Positions 10,579-19,199 of a stretch of DNA of 64,000 bases are shown piece after piece. The translations under genes were made by a program, and so were the position numbers. A model generated the notes under the pieces. It was not told where the DNA came from, did not search any database, and was given only the letters and a program-made list of their open reading frames with translations. Within the stretch, counting starts at the first letter, position 1. Each line of letters opens with the position of its first letter. The stretch is from Terrimicrobiaceae bacterium (lineage in GTDB: Bacteria > Verrucomicrobiota > Verrucomicrobiia > Chthoniobacterales > Terrimicrobiaceae), in contig JBGSVZ010000019.1 of NCBI GenBank assembly GCA_041752695.1, positions 43,401 through 107,400 on the forward strand, read 5' to 3'.

Positions 10579-11466
10579 CTACTTCTGCTGCTGGAGAAAC
10601 TCCGCCGGGGCAAAGTCATCCGTCAGCACCGCCGCGCCGACCGCTGCTTCCCCGGAAAAATCCTGCGCCACCGCCGCCAGGATTTCCCGGAGCGTTCCGG
10701 AAAAACCGGCGAGGTCCGAGGCGCGAAATTCCTTCGACTCTCCCTTCCACGCCAGGGCGACCACATTTCCCGTGCCGGGCACAGCGAAGAGCCCCACCGA
10801 GGGAAAGACCGCTTTCAGCGTGGCCTGATCGCTGGCGAAAAGCCGGTTGCCAGCGTGCAGATTGAGGGCCACCACGCCACCCGGGGCCAGACGAGCTTTG
10901 AGCAGCTCGTAAAACTCTTTTGTCTTCAGATGCGGGGGCACGCTGCCGCCGGAATACGCGTCCACCAAAATCCAGTCCCAAGTCTCCGACCTCGACCGCA
11001 GAAAGGCCCGCGCGTCCTCAATCACGACCACATCCCGCTCTCCCGGTTGAAAACCCATAAATTCCACCGCCATGTCGCGCACCGTGGCATCCAGCTCCGC
11101 CGTCGTGAGATGCGCCCCCGGGAAAACCCTCCGCAGGTACCGGTTCATCGCCCCGCCACCGAGACCGAGCTGCAAAATCCGCCCGGGCTCCGGCTGCACC
11201 AAGGCCGCCGCCAGCATCGTGCGGGTGTAGGGAATGACCAGCCGTTCGGGATTGGAAAGGTCCACCGCCGTTTGCCGCGGGACGGCGCGCCCCGAGCGGA
11301 ATTTCAGATCCACGATGTCGCCGTCCCGTTCGACCACCACTTGATTGTAAAGCGACTCCCGGACCACCCGAAACTTTGTCGGGCTTTCCTCAAACGGTCC
11401 CCGCGCACGATCCTCACAGCCGCCAAGGGCCAGGCAAAAACCGAGAATCGTTAAACGCGCACGCAT
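10579..11466 (-). CDS. Spermidine-synthase-like class I SAM-dependent transferase domain with lipoprotein-like signal
   Basis: ESLYNQVVV, QLGLGGG, ELDATV, EDARAFL, DWILVDAY, PPHLKTKEF, LTDDFAP; N-terminal MRARLTILGFCLALGGC. Confidence 0.8.
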   Translation of the reverse strand: MRARLTILGFCLALGGCEDRARGPFEESPTKFRVVRESLYNQVVVERDGDIVDLKFRSGRAVPRQTAVDLSNPERLVIPYTRTMLAAALVQPEPGRILQLGLGGGAMNRYLRRVFPGAHLTTAELDATVRDMAVEFMGFQPGERDVVVIEDARAFLRSRSETWDWILVDAYSGGSVPPHLKTKEFYELLKARLAPGGVVALNLHAGNRLFASDQATLKAVFPSVGLFAVPGTGNVVALAWKGESKEFRASDLAGFSGTLREILAAVAQDFSGEAAVGAAVLTDDFAPAEFLQQQK

Positions 11467-12032
11467 CGCACAAGTAAGATCGCCGCCCCCGCCACTCCGA
11501 CCGTCCAGATCGCCAACAAAATGCTCACCGGCACCATCGGGATCAAAACGAAAGCCGTCAGCATAATGCCCGCGATATTTCCCAGCGTACCGACCGAATA
11601 AATCAACCCGGAAGCAAATCCCGCCGATTGACCGCGTTCACTCAGGCCTTGCACCAGCACGGGAGTGAAGGCCGCCAGCGCCGCCACCGGAGGAAGAAAA
11701 AGCAGCCCGCACGCGGCACCGAGCGCGAGGGTGAGCGGAGTTTCCCGCGCGTCCAGCCAATCCAGAAATCCCCGCGCAAACATGGCGTTGACGGCAAACC
11801 CGGCCACCGCAAAAACCGCCACCCAGGCCACCCCCCGTCGTCGCGTGGGGCCCGGCAGCCTCACCAACAGCCCGCCGCCCATGGATCCCAGACTGAAGCC
11901 CGCGAGAAATACCGAGATGATGAACGCCCAGACGATGATCGACGACCCGAACCATGGACTGAGCAGTCGCGAGCCCAGCAATTGGAAACCCATGCTGAAA
12001 ATCCCGAGCAAAAACGCGAGGAAGACCGGCAC
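11451..12032 (-). CDS. Membrane domain of the fused MFS/spermidine synthase family (stand-alone)
   Basis: LLGSRLLSPWFGSSIIVWAFIISVFLAGFSLG, SGLIYSVGTLGNIAG; about 6 TM segments. Confidence 0.8.
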   Translation of the reverse strand: MPVFLAFLLGIFSMGFQLLGSRLLSPWFGSSIIVWAFIISVFLAGFSLGSMGGGLLVRLPGPTRRRGVAWVAVFAVAGFAVNAMFARGFLDWLDARETPLTLALGAACGLLFLPPVAALAAFTPVLVQGLSERGQSAGFASGLIYSVGTLGNIAGIMLTAFVLIPMVPVSILLAIWTVGVAGAAILLVRCVRV

Positions 12033-12035
12033 GAT

Positions 12036-12740
12036 TTAGGGGCCGTCCTCCCGCACGATGTGATCCAGCCGCCGCGCCTGCAGCCAGCGCACGCCGATCA
12101 TATCAACCGTTGCGCGCACCGCGCGGTTTCCGAGGCCGTATTTGCTGGTGCCGAACCGACGCGCCCGATGGTTGACGGGAATCTCCACCACCCGAAACCC
12201 CGCGCTTTTGATCAACGCCGGAATAAATCGATGCACCCCCTTGAACGGCGTCAGGGCCGCCACACATTCCCGCCGCATCGCTTTGAGCGTGCACCCCGTG
12301 TCCCGCACGCCGTCGCCCACAAACCGGCTGCGCACGAAGTTGGCGACGAAGCTGGAGGCTTTTTTCATCCCGCTGTCCTGGCGTTTCCTCCTCCAACCGC
12401 AAACCAGATCCGCCCCACCCTCGATCTCGACCAGCAGCCGGGGAATGTCCGCCGGATCGTTTTGCAAGTCGCCGTCGAGGAGCACGATCACCGGAGCTTT
12501 TGCCGCCCGCATGCCCGCCAGCAAGGCCGCACTCTGGCCCGCGTTTTTGGGAAATCGCAACAACCGCAGGCCTGGAGCTGCTTCCACCCGGTCTGCCGTG
12601 CCATCGGTCGATCCGTCGTCCACCAGGATCAGTTCGTAAGCGCGTCCGGCCAGCGCGGCGCGGATTTCGCTTTGCAGGGCGGGCAGATTTTCCGCCTCAT
12701 TAAAGAGCGGCACGACAACGGAAAAATCCGGCAAACTCAC
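12036..12740 (-). CDS. Glycosyltransferase family 2 (polyprenol-phosphate glycosyltransferase, ArnC/DPM1-like)
   Basis: SVVVPLFNEAENL, VDDGSTDGT, NAGQSAA, LDGDLQNDP, DTGCTLKA, HRFIPAL. Confidence 0.9.
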   Translation of the reverse strand: MSLPDFSVVVPLFNEAENLPALQSEIRAALAGRAYELILVDDGSTDGTADRVEAAPGLRLLRFPKNAGQSAALLAGMRAAKAPVIVLLDGDLQNDPADIPRLLVEIEGGADLVCGWRRKRQDSGMKKASSFVANFVRSRFVGDGVRDTGCTLKAMRRECVAALTPFKGVHRFIPALIKSAGFRVVEIPVNHRARRFGTSKYGLGNRAVRATVDMIGVRWLQARRLDHIVREDGP

Positions 12741-14221
12741 AGCGGCAGGGTCTGGTAATTCTGGCAGAAATACAAATAAAGCGGCCCGCTTTCATTCCCT
12801 GCCGAAGGAAGCCGCTTGAGAAATGTGACCGACTCAAACGCTGCCTTGACGGCCTGCGGGACGTCGTTGGCGGACTCCCGCGAAACGTAAAGCGCACTCC
12901 GGCCCACAAAAGGATTCTCGCCTTTTTGTTCGGTAAAATATTCGTCCACCACCTTCTCCGATTCCACGAAGTCGTCATAGCTCGGCCAAAGCCCAAACTG
13001 ACTGGAGATATCTTGAGACTCCAGCTGATACACCGTCGGATGCCCTTCCGGCGGCACAAGTTCGTCCCGCAAAAAATAGCCCATGGCAGAGGCCAGAGGG
13101 ACGTCGCCGCCGATGAGAAAGAGCCCTTCGTGACCTTCGGACGACTGGGCCAGAAATGCCGCCTTCACCTCCACAGCCGTCTCTCGCCAGCCCCGACCGG
13201 ATTGGTAGGCCCAGAACACCGACGAAACCGAAAACACAGCCGCCAGCGCAAAGCCCACCGCCAGCACCGGACGGCCGATGGGTTTCCCCGGGAGCCAGGC
13301 CAGCAGTTTCGCAATCAAGAGCGGTGCGGCTAGGAGCAGGTAAAAAACGGGATCCTCGTCACGCAGCGCAAAATAGACCGCCAGCAGCACGGCCGGCAGG
13401 GTGCACAAAGCCACAAACCTCGCCCGCAAATGCACCCGCGACTCGCGCAGCGCCACGATCCAGGCGGCGAAAAGCACCACCAGAACCACCGGCGAAAATT
13501 TGTCAAAGAGCCGCGCCGTGGAAGAAATGAAGCCCACCAAACCAAACTCCCACAACGACCGAAACGTCCCGCGGAAGAGCGGCACCCATTCGTAGGACGC
13601 GTTCCACCGCAACGCTGGGATGAGCAGTGCCAGCGGCAGGCCAATCAAAAGCAGTAGCCCGAAGCCATCAACAGCGCGCTGGTGTTTTTTGGTGCAAAGC
13701 GTGAAAAGCACCACCCCGGGCACCACGACCAACGCCGCGTACGCAAACTGCGCCGCGAGGGCAAAACACACCGCCGCGCCGAGCCACCGCACCACGATGC
13801 CGCGCTCGGCGTGCAAAGCCAGCCACGCGCACCAAAGACCGAAGAGCACAAAGGTCAGCACTGGCAGTTCCGGACGCACCCGCACGGCGCAGGCATTAAA
13901 GACCGGCAAGGCATTAAGCGCCAGCGCCGTCCACATGGCACGCACGGGATTGTCCATCGCACGAACGAGCAGAACACACCCCACCGTGGCCAGCAGCGCC
14001 CAGACCGGAGCCCAAAGCCGCCAGAGAGTGTCGGAGACGTGGAACTCGCCCAAGGCCGCCAGTGCCATGGTCCCGGGCGGACCGTCAAAATACGCCGGAG
14101 CCGGATGCCGGGCGCAAAGCGCGTAATACGCCTCGTTCGCCGAGATCTCCTCGTACGAGACCACCGCGACCCGCAGCACGGTGAGCACCAGGACAAGGAG
14201 GGCGAAGGTTTTGCCGTTCAT
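12737..14221 (-). CDS. ArnT/PMT-like (GT-C) membrane glycosyltransferase
   Basis: NEAYY...PAYFDGPP N-terminal motif, multiple TM segments, downstream soluble domain; operon with GT2. Confidence 0.75.
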   Translation of the reverse strand: MNGKTFALLVLVLTVLRVAVVSYEEISANEAYYALCARHPAPAYFDGPPGTMALAALGEFHVSDTLWRLWAPVWALLATVGCVLLVRAMDNPVRAMWTALALNALPVFNACAVRVRPELPVLTFVLFGLWCAWLALHAERGIVVRWLGAAVCFALAAQFAYAALVVVPGVVLFTLCTKKHQRAVDGFGLLLLIGLPLALLIPALRWNASYEWVPLFRGTFRSLWEFGLVGFISSTARLFDKFSPVVLVVLFAAWIVALRESRVHLRARFVALCTLPAVLLAVYFALRDEDPVFYLLLAAPLLIAKLLAWLPGKPIGRPVLAVGFALAAVFSVSSVFWAYQSGRGWRETAVEVKAAFLAQSSEGHEGLFLIGGDVPLASAMGYFLRDELVPPEGHPTVYQLESQDISSQFGLWPSYDDFVESEKVVDEYFTEQKGENPFVGRSALYVSRESANDVPQAVKAAFESVTFLKRLPSAGNESGPLYLYFCQNYQTLPL

Positions 14222-14865
14222 GCCGTGAGCAAACAGGGGTGACGGTCAAAAACCTGCGGCACCCAGCGGGCGCCGAACACCCTCCAGAGTTTTTCCAGCC
14301 CCGCGCAAACCAGGAGAGCGAGCCCTGTCCCGAGGAACGCTGAGATCACGACATCGGACGGCCAGTGCGACCCCACATAAACCCGGCTGTAGGCCACCAG
14401 CACCGCCGGGATATAGACCAGCCAGCCCCGCCGCCGGTAAAAAAGGGCGGCCACCGTGGCAAGGGCGAACGTGTTTGAGGCATGACCCGACGGAAAGGAA
14501 TTGCCTTGCGCCGGCTGGATGCGCGCCTCGGAAAAACTTTCGCGGAGCGGTTCGCCCAGCGCCAAAATCCGCGGACTCACATGTTCCAGGTCAAGGGAAC
14601 GCACCCCTTCCAGCATCTCATTGGGCCGCGGACGCCCCACCATGTCTTTCAGCGATTTCACCACCAGTCCGTCATTGAGACCGATGGCCAGGCCGGCCGC
14701 CAGCACAAACGCCCGGAAACGGAACCCGCCGAAAATCACGCCAACGATTCCCCCCACCACCAACAACGGCCACCAAAAGTCGAAACTCGACATCACCGCC
14801 ATCAGCCCATCCAACGCGGGATGCGTGGCGGAGCGGTTAATGACGAAAAGAAGCTGTTGATCCAT
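14218..14865 (-). CDS. PAP2 family phosphatase
   Basis: KDMVGRPRP, SFPSGH and SRVYVGSHWPSDV motifs; start MDQQLLFVIN at 14865. Confidence 0.9.
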   Translation of the reverse strand: MDQQLLFVINRSATHPALDGLMAVMSSFDFWWPLLVVGGIVGVIFGGFRFRAFVLAAGLAIGLNDGLVVKSLKDMVGRPRPNEMLEGVRSLDLEHVSPRILALGEPLRESFSEARIQPAQGNSFPSGHASNTFALATVAALFYRRRGWLVYIPAVLVAYSRVYVGSHWPSDVVISAFLGTGLALLVCAGLEKLWRVFGARWVPQVFDRHPCLLTA

Positions 14866-14889
14866 GCGTGGCGGCGGATAGCGTTCGGC

Positions 14890-15582
14890 ATGATTTTCCG
14901 TTCTCCGCAATTTCGCAAGCCGCTTGCGCTCCTCGGCCTGGTTCTTTTTGCCGCCGTCGCTCGCGCCGAGCCCGAAGCGGAGGCCATCCTCGCCGCCGCG
15001 CGGGTCAATCCCCTCGGGGCCAATATCGCCCTCAACGCCCGCCTGCGGATGGAATCAAAAACCACCCCATTCCGTATCGTGGTGGACGGTGCGGTGCGGT
15101 ACCAGTTCGACAACCCCGAGCAGGAACTCATCCTCGAGATGAAAGACGACGCCTCCGTGCTCTCCGAACGGACCGGCGGCAAAGCGTCCCCCATCCGCCC
15201 CGCCCGCTTCGACAATTCCGTGCGCGGCACCGGCATCACCTACGAGGACCTCGCCCTGCGTTTCCTGTACTGGAAAAACCCGAAAATCCTCGGCGAGGAA
15301 ACCGTCCGGTCCCGCAAAGCCTGGAAAATCGAGATCCAGTCCGGCAGCGCCTCGTCGCAATACGGCGTGGCCCGCCTCTGGGTGGACAAGGAGAGCGGCG
15401 CCCTCCTGCGCATCGAAGGCTACAACCGCGAAGGCCGGCTCCTCCGCAGCTTCGAAGTGGTCGCGGCGCAAAAACTCGACGGCCAGTGGATGCTGAAACA
15501 AATGCGGGTCGAAATGCTCGACCCCGAAACCAAAAAGGTCATCAACCGGACCTATTTGGAGGTTCTGGGAAAAGTCGAGTAG
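14890..15582 (+). CDS. Outer membrane lipoprotein-sorting (LolA-like) protein
   Basis: Signal peptide MIFRSPQFRKPLALLGLVLFAAVARA; GTGITYEDL, YGVARLWVDKE, RIEGYNREGRLL; ORF-track 5' extension overlaps PAP2 and was rejected. Confidence 0.75.
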   Translation: MIFRSPQFRKPLALLGLVLFAAVARAEPEAEAILAAARVNPLGANIALNARLRMESKTTPFRIVVDGAVRYQFDNPEQELILEMKDDASVLSERTGGKASPIRPARFDNSVRGTGITYEDLALRFLYWKNPKILGEETVRSRKAWKIEIQSGSASSQYGVARLWVDKESGALLRIEGYNREGRLLRSFEVVAAQKLDGQWMLKQMRVEMLDPETKKVINRTYLEVLGKVE

Positions 15583-15678
15583 CAGGCACGGCAGAGGGGC
15601 TAACCCCGAAATTGCCTTGCGGGTTACCTCCGTCAGGCCGAGTATCCATGCACGAAATTTTGCCCAGAAAATCTTAGC

Positions 15679-18570
15679 ATGAACACCAAGTACCCAGCTT
15701 TCGTCGCCGGCCTCGTCCTGGTCGCCAGCATTTTCCTCACCACCTCGGAACTGCGGGCCGATGCGGAGGAAAGGCCCATGCCTCCCAACACCCCTTTCGA
15801 CCCCAATCCCACCGACCCCGCCAAGTCCAAGGTCGATCGTGTGCTGGTCTTTGCCTACGATTCCGACGGCAACAAAGTGCCGGTCAAGACCCTCAAGATC
15901 ACCAACAACCACAAAAACACCATCTATCCCGTCATGCGCGATGGCAACGAAGCCGCCATCGATGGATTTCCCGATATCGGTTTGTATGATCCCTATGATC
16001 CGGTGCGTCGCGAATATCGGGGGTACATTGGCTACCAGGGCGCGGACAAAAAATATTATTTCGGACTGAAACCCGGCCAGAGCATCCTCGTCCGCGTACC
16101 CCTGGTTTTTTGGAATGGGGCCCGCCTAGGCATCGTGACCGAAGGCCGCTACCTGACCCCGGCTCCCGGCACACCAAATCCCTTAAGCTACGATGCCAAC
16201 GCCGAAACCATTATTACCTCCGACGAGCCAGACCCTAAGGACCCCAGTCTGATCAAAAACGGTGTGATCATGTGGTACACCGCTGCGCTGAACGGACCCG
16301 CCCTCGATTCGCCGGATCAGTTGGTGGAGTGGACCATCCGCGACGAGGAATACCTGAGCAATCCGCAGATCACCGCCAGAACCCAGGGCAAAATTCCGGA
16401 TTCCGAAAGAGTGACCCTGATCAACTACGATGTTTCCTACGTGGACAACATGTTCATGCCCGCGGCCATGGCAGCCCTGGACGTGCCCATTCCCGCCCCC
16501 CCGTTTCCTCCGGGCCGCAAAGCTCAGCCATTCGGCTGGATTGGCGCGATCAATACCTCGAAGGAATTACAGGAAAGGATCAAAAATTTTACCCAGCCCA
16601 CCGACAACACGTATCTGGGATCCTATTTCGGCGGCAAGGGCTGGCCCATTTACAACATTCCGATCGACGAGGCCAAAATTCCGGCCGGTCAGAATGTTTT
16701 TGCGCAAAGCCCCCAGGCGGACGCCCGGTCCAGTTACAATAACAACGCCTATATGCTTTCGAGCGGAGGCGACATCAACACTCCCATCTCCGTCATCATC
16801 GGGGGTCAGGGATCCGCTTCTTCGGGAACGACGCTGACGCTCAGTCCCAACGAGGACATCAAAAAAGTGCAGTTCCTCCAGCCGGGATTTACCGTCGTGG
16901 GCCGACCGCCCGCCGACGTTCCCAATCCCATTCAACCGGACACCAAAATCGTTTCGGTGAATGTGAGCACCACCCCCGGCGTGCCCAGCACCGTGATTCT
17001 GGACAAACCTCTCGTCGCCTCCCAGGAGGGGTGCATTTTCGAATTTTTCCGACCCCGCACCGATTACGCGTCCGATGCCATGATCAAACTCTGGTATTCC
17101 TGGGCGAAATACCATTTGGACACCACGAAGAGCCCGCCGACGCAGACTTTGACGGGAGCTGTCGTCACCAATTCGGCGACGCTCACTTTCAAGGACGCGC
17201 AAAACAACCTGATCGTGGGCATGCAGGTGACCGGTCCAGGCCTGGCCGACCCCGATCCCAGCAAAGAAAAAGGGGGAATCGTCATCCTGCAAATTGCCGA
17301 CGACGAGCGGTCTGTCACTTTGAGCCAACTGGCCTCCGCAACCCATCCGATCAGCGAAGGCCAGCAATACACGTTTAAGCCGCCACAGCCTTTGCCATCC
17401 ACTCCGGATAGCCTGTTTACCCTCAATTTTTCCGCAGACCCGAAGGATCCTTCCCGCGACCCACGCGAGTTTGCGAAAAAGGTTTATCTCATCATGGCCT
17501 CCATGGCCCAGATCCCGAAAAAGCCGGATCCTGCCGCCACGGAACCTCATGTGTATCAACTGATGAACAACGTCATCGGCGGCAACATGGGTTTCATTTT
17601 TGACACCAACGCGCAGAGGTTTTCCGACGCGGGGCTGACGATTTCGGCCTTCATCAGGGACATGCTCAAATCCGTCCTCCGCGGGGTGACGGATTTCACC
17701 CAATTCTCGGAATTCGACGAGACCGGCAAACTGATCTGGTATCCGGATCCGAAAGACAGTCGCGGCGGGCTGACGTTTAACGCCTTCAACCTCGATCCCT
17801 TCGTTTGGTTCGTGCACGTGGAACTTGGTTTCTCGGGATATGGATTTTCCCTCGACGATGACACGGCGGATGTCGGCGCCGGCGAGGCGACCGAACTACT
17901 CCTGACCATCGGCGGCCCGCCCTCGGGAAACACGGGGCCAAACTCTGGGATGATCAAAACCCGGGAAAACGCCAATGAATGGGGCATCCAGGCTCCCTAT
18001 GGCCCGGTGACCGGCACCGGCGAATGGGATCCGACAAAAACGCAGAGTTTTTACCTCGGCATCACGGGAGCCAGTTATGCCAGCCCGATCGTCATCACCT
18101 CGGAGAAACACGGTTTGCTCAACGGTGAGAAGGTGTTTATCGACCAGGTTCGCGGCAACACCAACGCCAACACCCCAACCACCGGCCCGGACAAAGACAA
18201 ACCTTTCACGGTGGGCAACGTGACGCAAAACACGTTTGAGCTGATCGGTACCAACGGGAACAACAGCTACTCGGGCGGGGGCCGATGGACGAGGGGTCCC
18301 CTGCCCTACATCACCTTTACAGGCAGCGACATCGATGGGGTCTACTGGAGGGTCAAAGGGGACGACCGGAACGCGGGCTTCCAGGGAGCCGTCCTTTCCG
18401 GGCCTGGCGTTCTGCCCAACCTGCCGGTCAGGGTCGTGCAATTGGGCGACGACAAAACCGGGCAACTTGCGCTGAACCGACCACTGACCAAACGTGACGG
18501 AAAAACCCCTCTGCCGGCGGGAAAAAACTACAAGTGGATCTTCTCGAGCAGGGGGTCGATCACGCCCTGA
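15679..18570 (+). CDS. Secreted 963-aa protein with GH64/thaumatin-like motifs and an E1_FCCH-like module
   Basis: Signal peptide; INYDVSYVDNMFMP and FVWFVH...YGFSLDDD motifs; ITGASYASPIVITSEKHGLLNGEKVFIDQVRGNT module. Confidence 0.6.
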   Translation: MNTKYPAFVAGLVLVASIFLTTSELRADAEERPMPPNTPFDPNPTDPAKSKVDRVLVFAYDSDGNKVPVKTLKITNNHKNTIYPVMRDGNEAAIDGFPDIGLYDPYDPVRREYRGYIGYQGADKKYYFGLKPGQSILVRVPLVFWNGARLGIVTEGRYLTPAPGTPNPLSYDANAETIITSDEPDPKDPSLIKNGVIMWYTAALNGPALDSPDQLVEWTIRDEEYLSNPQITARTQGKIPDSERVTLINYDVSYVDNMFMPAAMAALDVPIPAPPFPPGRKAQPFGWIGAINTSKELQERIKNFTQPTDNTYLGSYFGGKGWPIYNIPIDEAKIPAGQNVFAQSPQADARSSYNNNAYMLSSGGDINTPISVIIGGQGSASSGTTLTLSPNEDIKKVQFLQPGFTVVGRPPADVPNPIQPDTKIVSVNVSTTPGVPSTVILDKPLVASQEGCIFEFFRPRTDYASDAMIKLWYSWAKYHLDTTKSPPTQTLTGAVVTNSATLTFKDAQNNLIVGMQVTGPGLADPDPSKEKGGIVILQIADDERSVTLSQLASATHPISEGQQYTFKPPQPLPSTPDSLFTLNFSADPKDPSRDPREFAKKVYLIMASMAQIPKKPDPAATEPHVYQLMNNVIGGNMGFIFDTNAQRFSDAGLTISAFIRDMLKSVLRGVTDFTQFSEFDETGKLIWYPDPKDSRGGLTFNAFNLDPFVWFVHVELGFSGYGFSLDDDTADVGAGEATELLLTIGGPPSGNTGPNSGMIKTRENANEWGIQAPYGPVTGTGEWDPTKTQSFYLGITGASYASPIVITSEKHGLLNGEKVFIDQVRGNTNANTPTTGPDKDKPFTVGNVTQNTFELIGTNGNNSYSGGGRWTRGPLPYITFTGSDIDGVYWRVKGDDRNAGFQGAVLSGPGVLPNLPVRVVQLGDDKTGQLALNRPLTKRDGKTPLPAGKNYKWIFSSRGSITP

Positions 18571-18585
18571 AGCAAAAGAAAAGAA

Positions 18586-18630
18586 GTCACCCGACCGAAG
18601 ACGGGGCTCCCGCCGGGTGACGATTATTTT
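18586..18630 (+). terminator. Putative intrinsic terminator after the 963-aa gene
   Basis: GTCACCCG (18586-93) / CGGGTGAC (18614-21) inverted repeat followed by ATTATTTT. Confidence 0.5.
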
Positions 18631-18685
18631 ACAATCGCTCGATTGGTCAACCAACGCCGCCTGCGGTATTCCTCGCCTCTTGCCA

Positions 18686-19117
18686 ATGAAAAGCGTCTTT
18701 CTTTGTTTCCTGACCGCGGTGGGCTGCCATGCCGCCGAGCTTTCGATTGTGGAGTGTGATATGCAGAAAAACGAGTCAGGGCCGTGGATTCTCCACGCCC
18801 AGATTGGCTCCACCGGGGCGGCTCCCCTGGACCGCGACAAGGTCCAGATGAAAATTTGTGTCTTCGAGCGCACCTCGCGTTCGACCCTCGAGCCCACGAA
18901 GCGGGACATTTCCTTTCAGTGGATGTCGTTGCCGTTGAATTGGAAAAATCGCTCCAACGAGCGGTTCGAAGTGTTATATCCCAGTCCCAAACCCGGCTCA
19001 GGATCCACCTACGCGGGCTATTCCGTTGCCGTGTATTACGACGGCGTTTTGCAGGAGGGCCTGTATTCCCGCCGGTCGATTCACCGAAAATTTCCTTTTC
19101 CCGAATCTCTGAAGTAA
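18686..19117 (+). CDS. Hypothetical secreted protein
   Basis: MKSVFLCFLTAVGCHAA signal-like N-terminus; beta-rich body ending YAGYSVAVYYDGVLQ. Confidence 0.65.
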   Translation: MKSVFLCFLTAVGCHAAELSIVECDMQKNESGPWILHAQIGSTGAAPLDRDKVQMKICVFERTSRSTLEPTKRDISFQWMSLPLNWKNRSNERFEVLYPSPKPGSGSTYAGYSVAVYYDGVLQEGLYSRRSIHRKFPFPESLK

Positions 19118-19199
19118 GGGACCCAACAACACTTCCTCCGGGAAGAATTCTTCGGGCTGGCCATTGGGCGGGAAGGCAACGATTCTTCCGCGCCTTGTC

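Noticed and set aside
15585..15645. GCTAACCCCG resembling the 3' end of a c-di-AMP (ydaO) riboswitch
   Set aside because: Other conserved blocks are absent and the spacer is too short; more likely a simple hairpin
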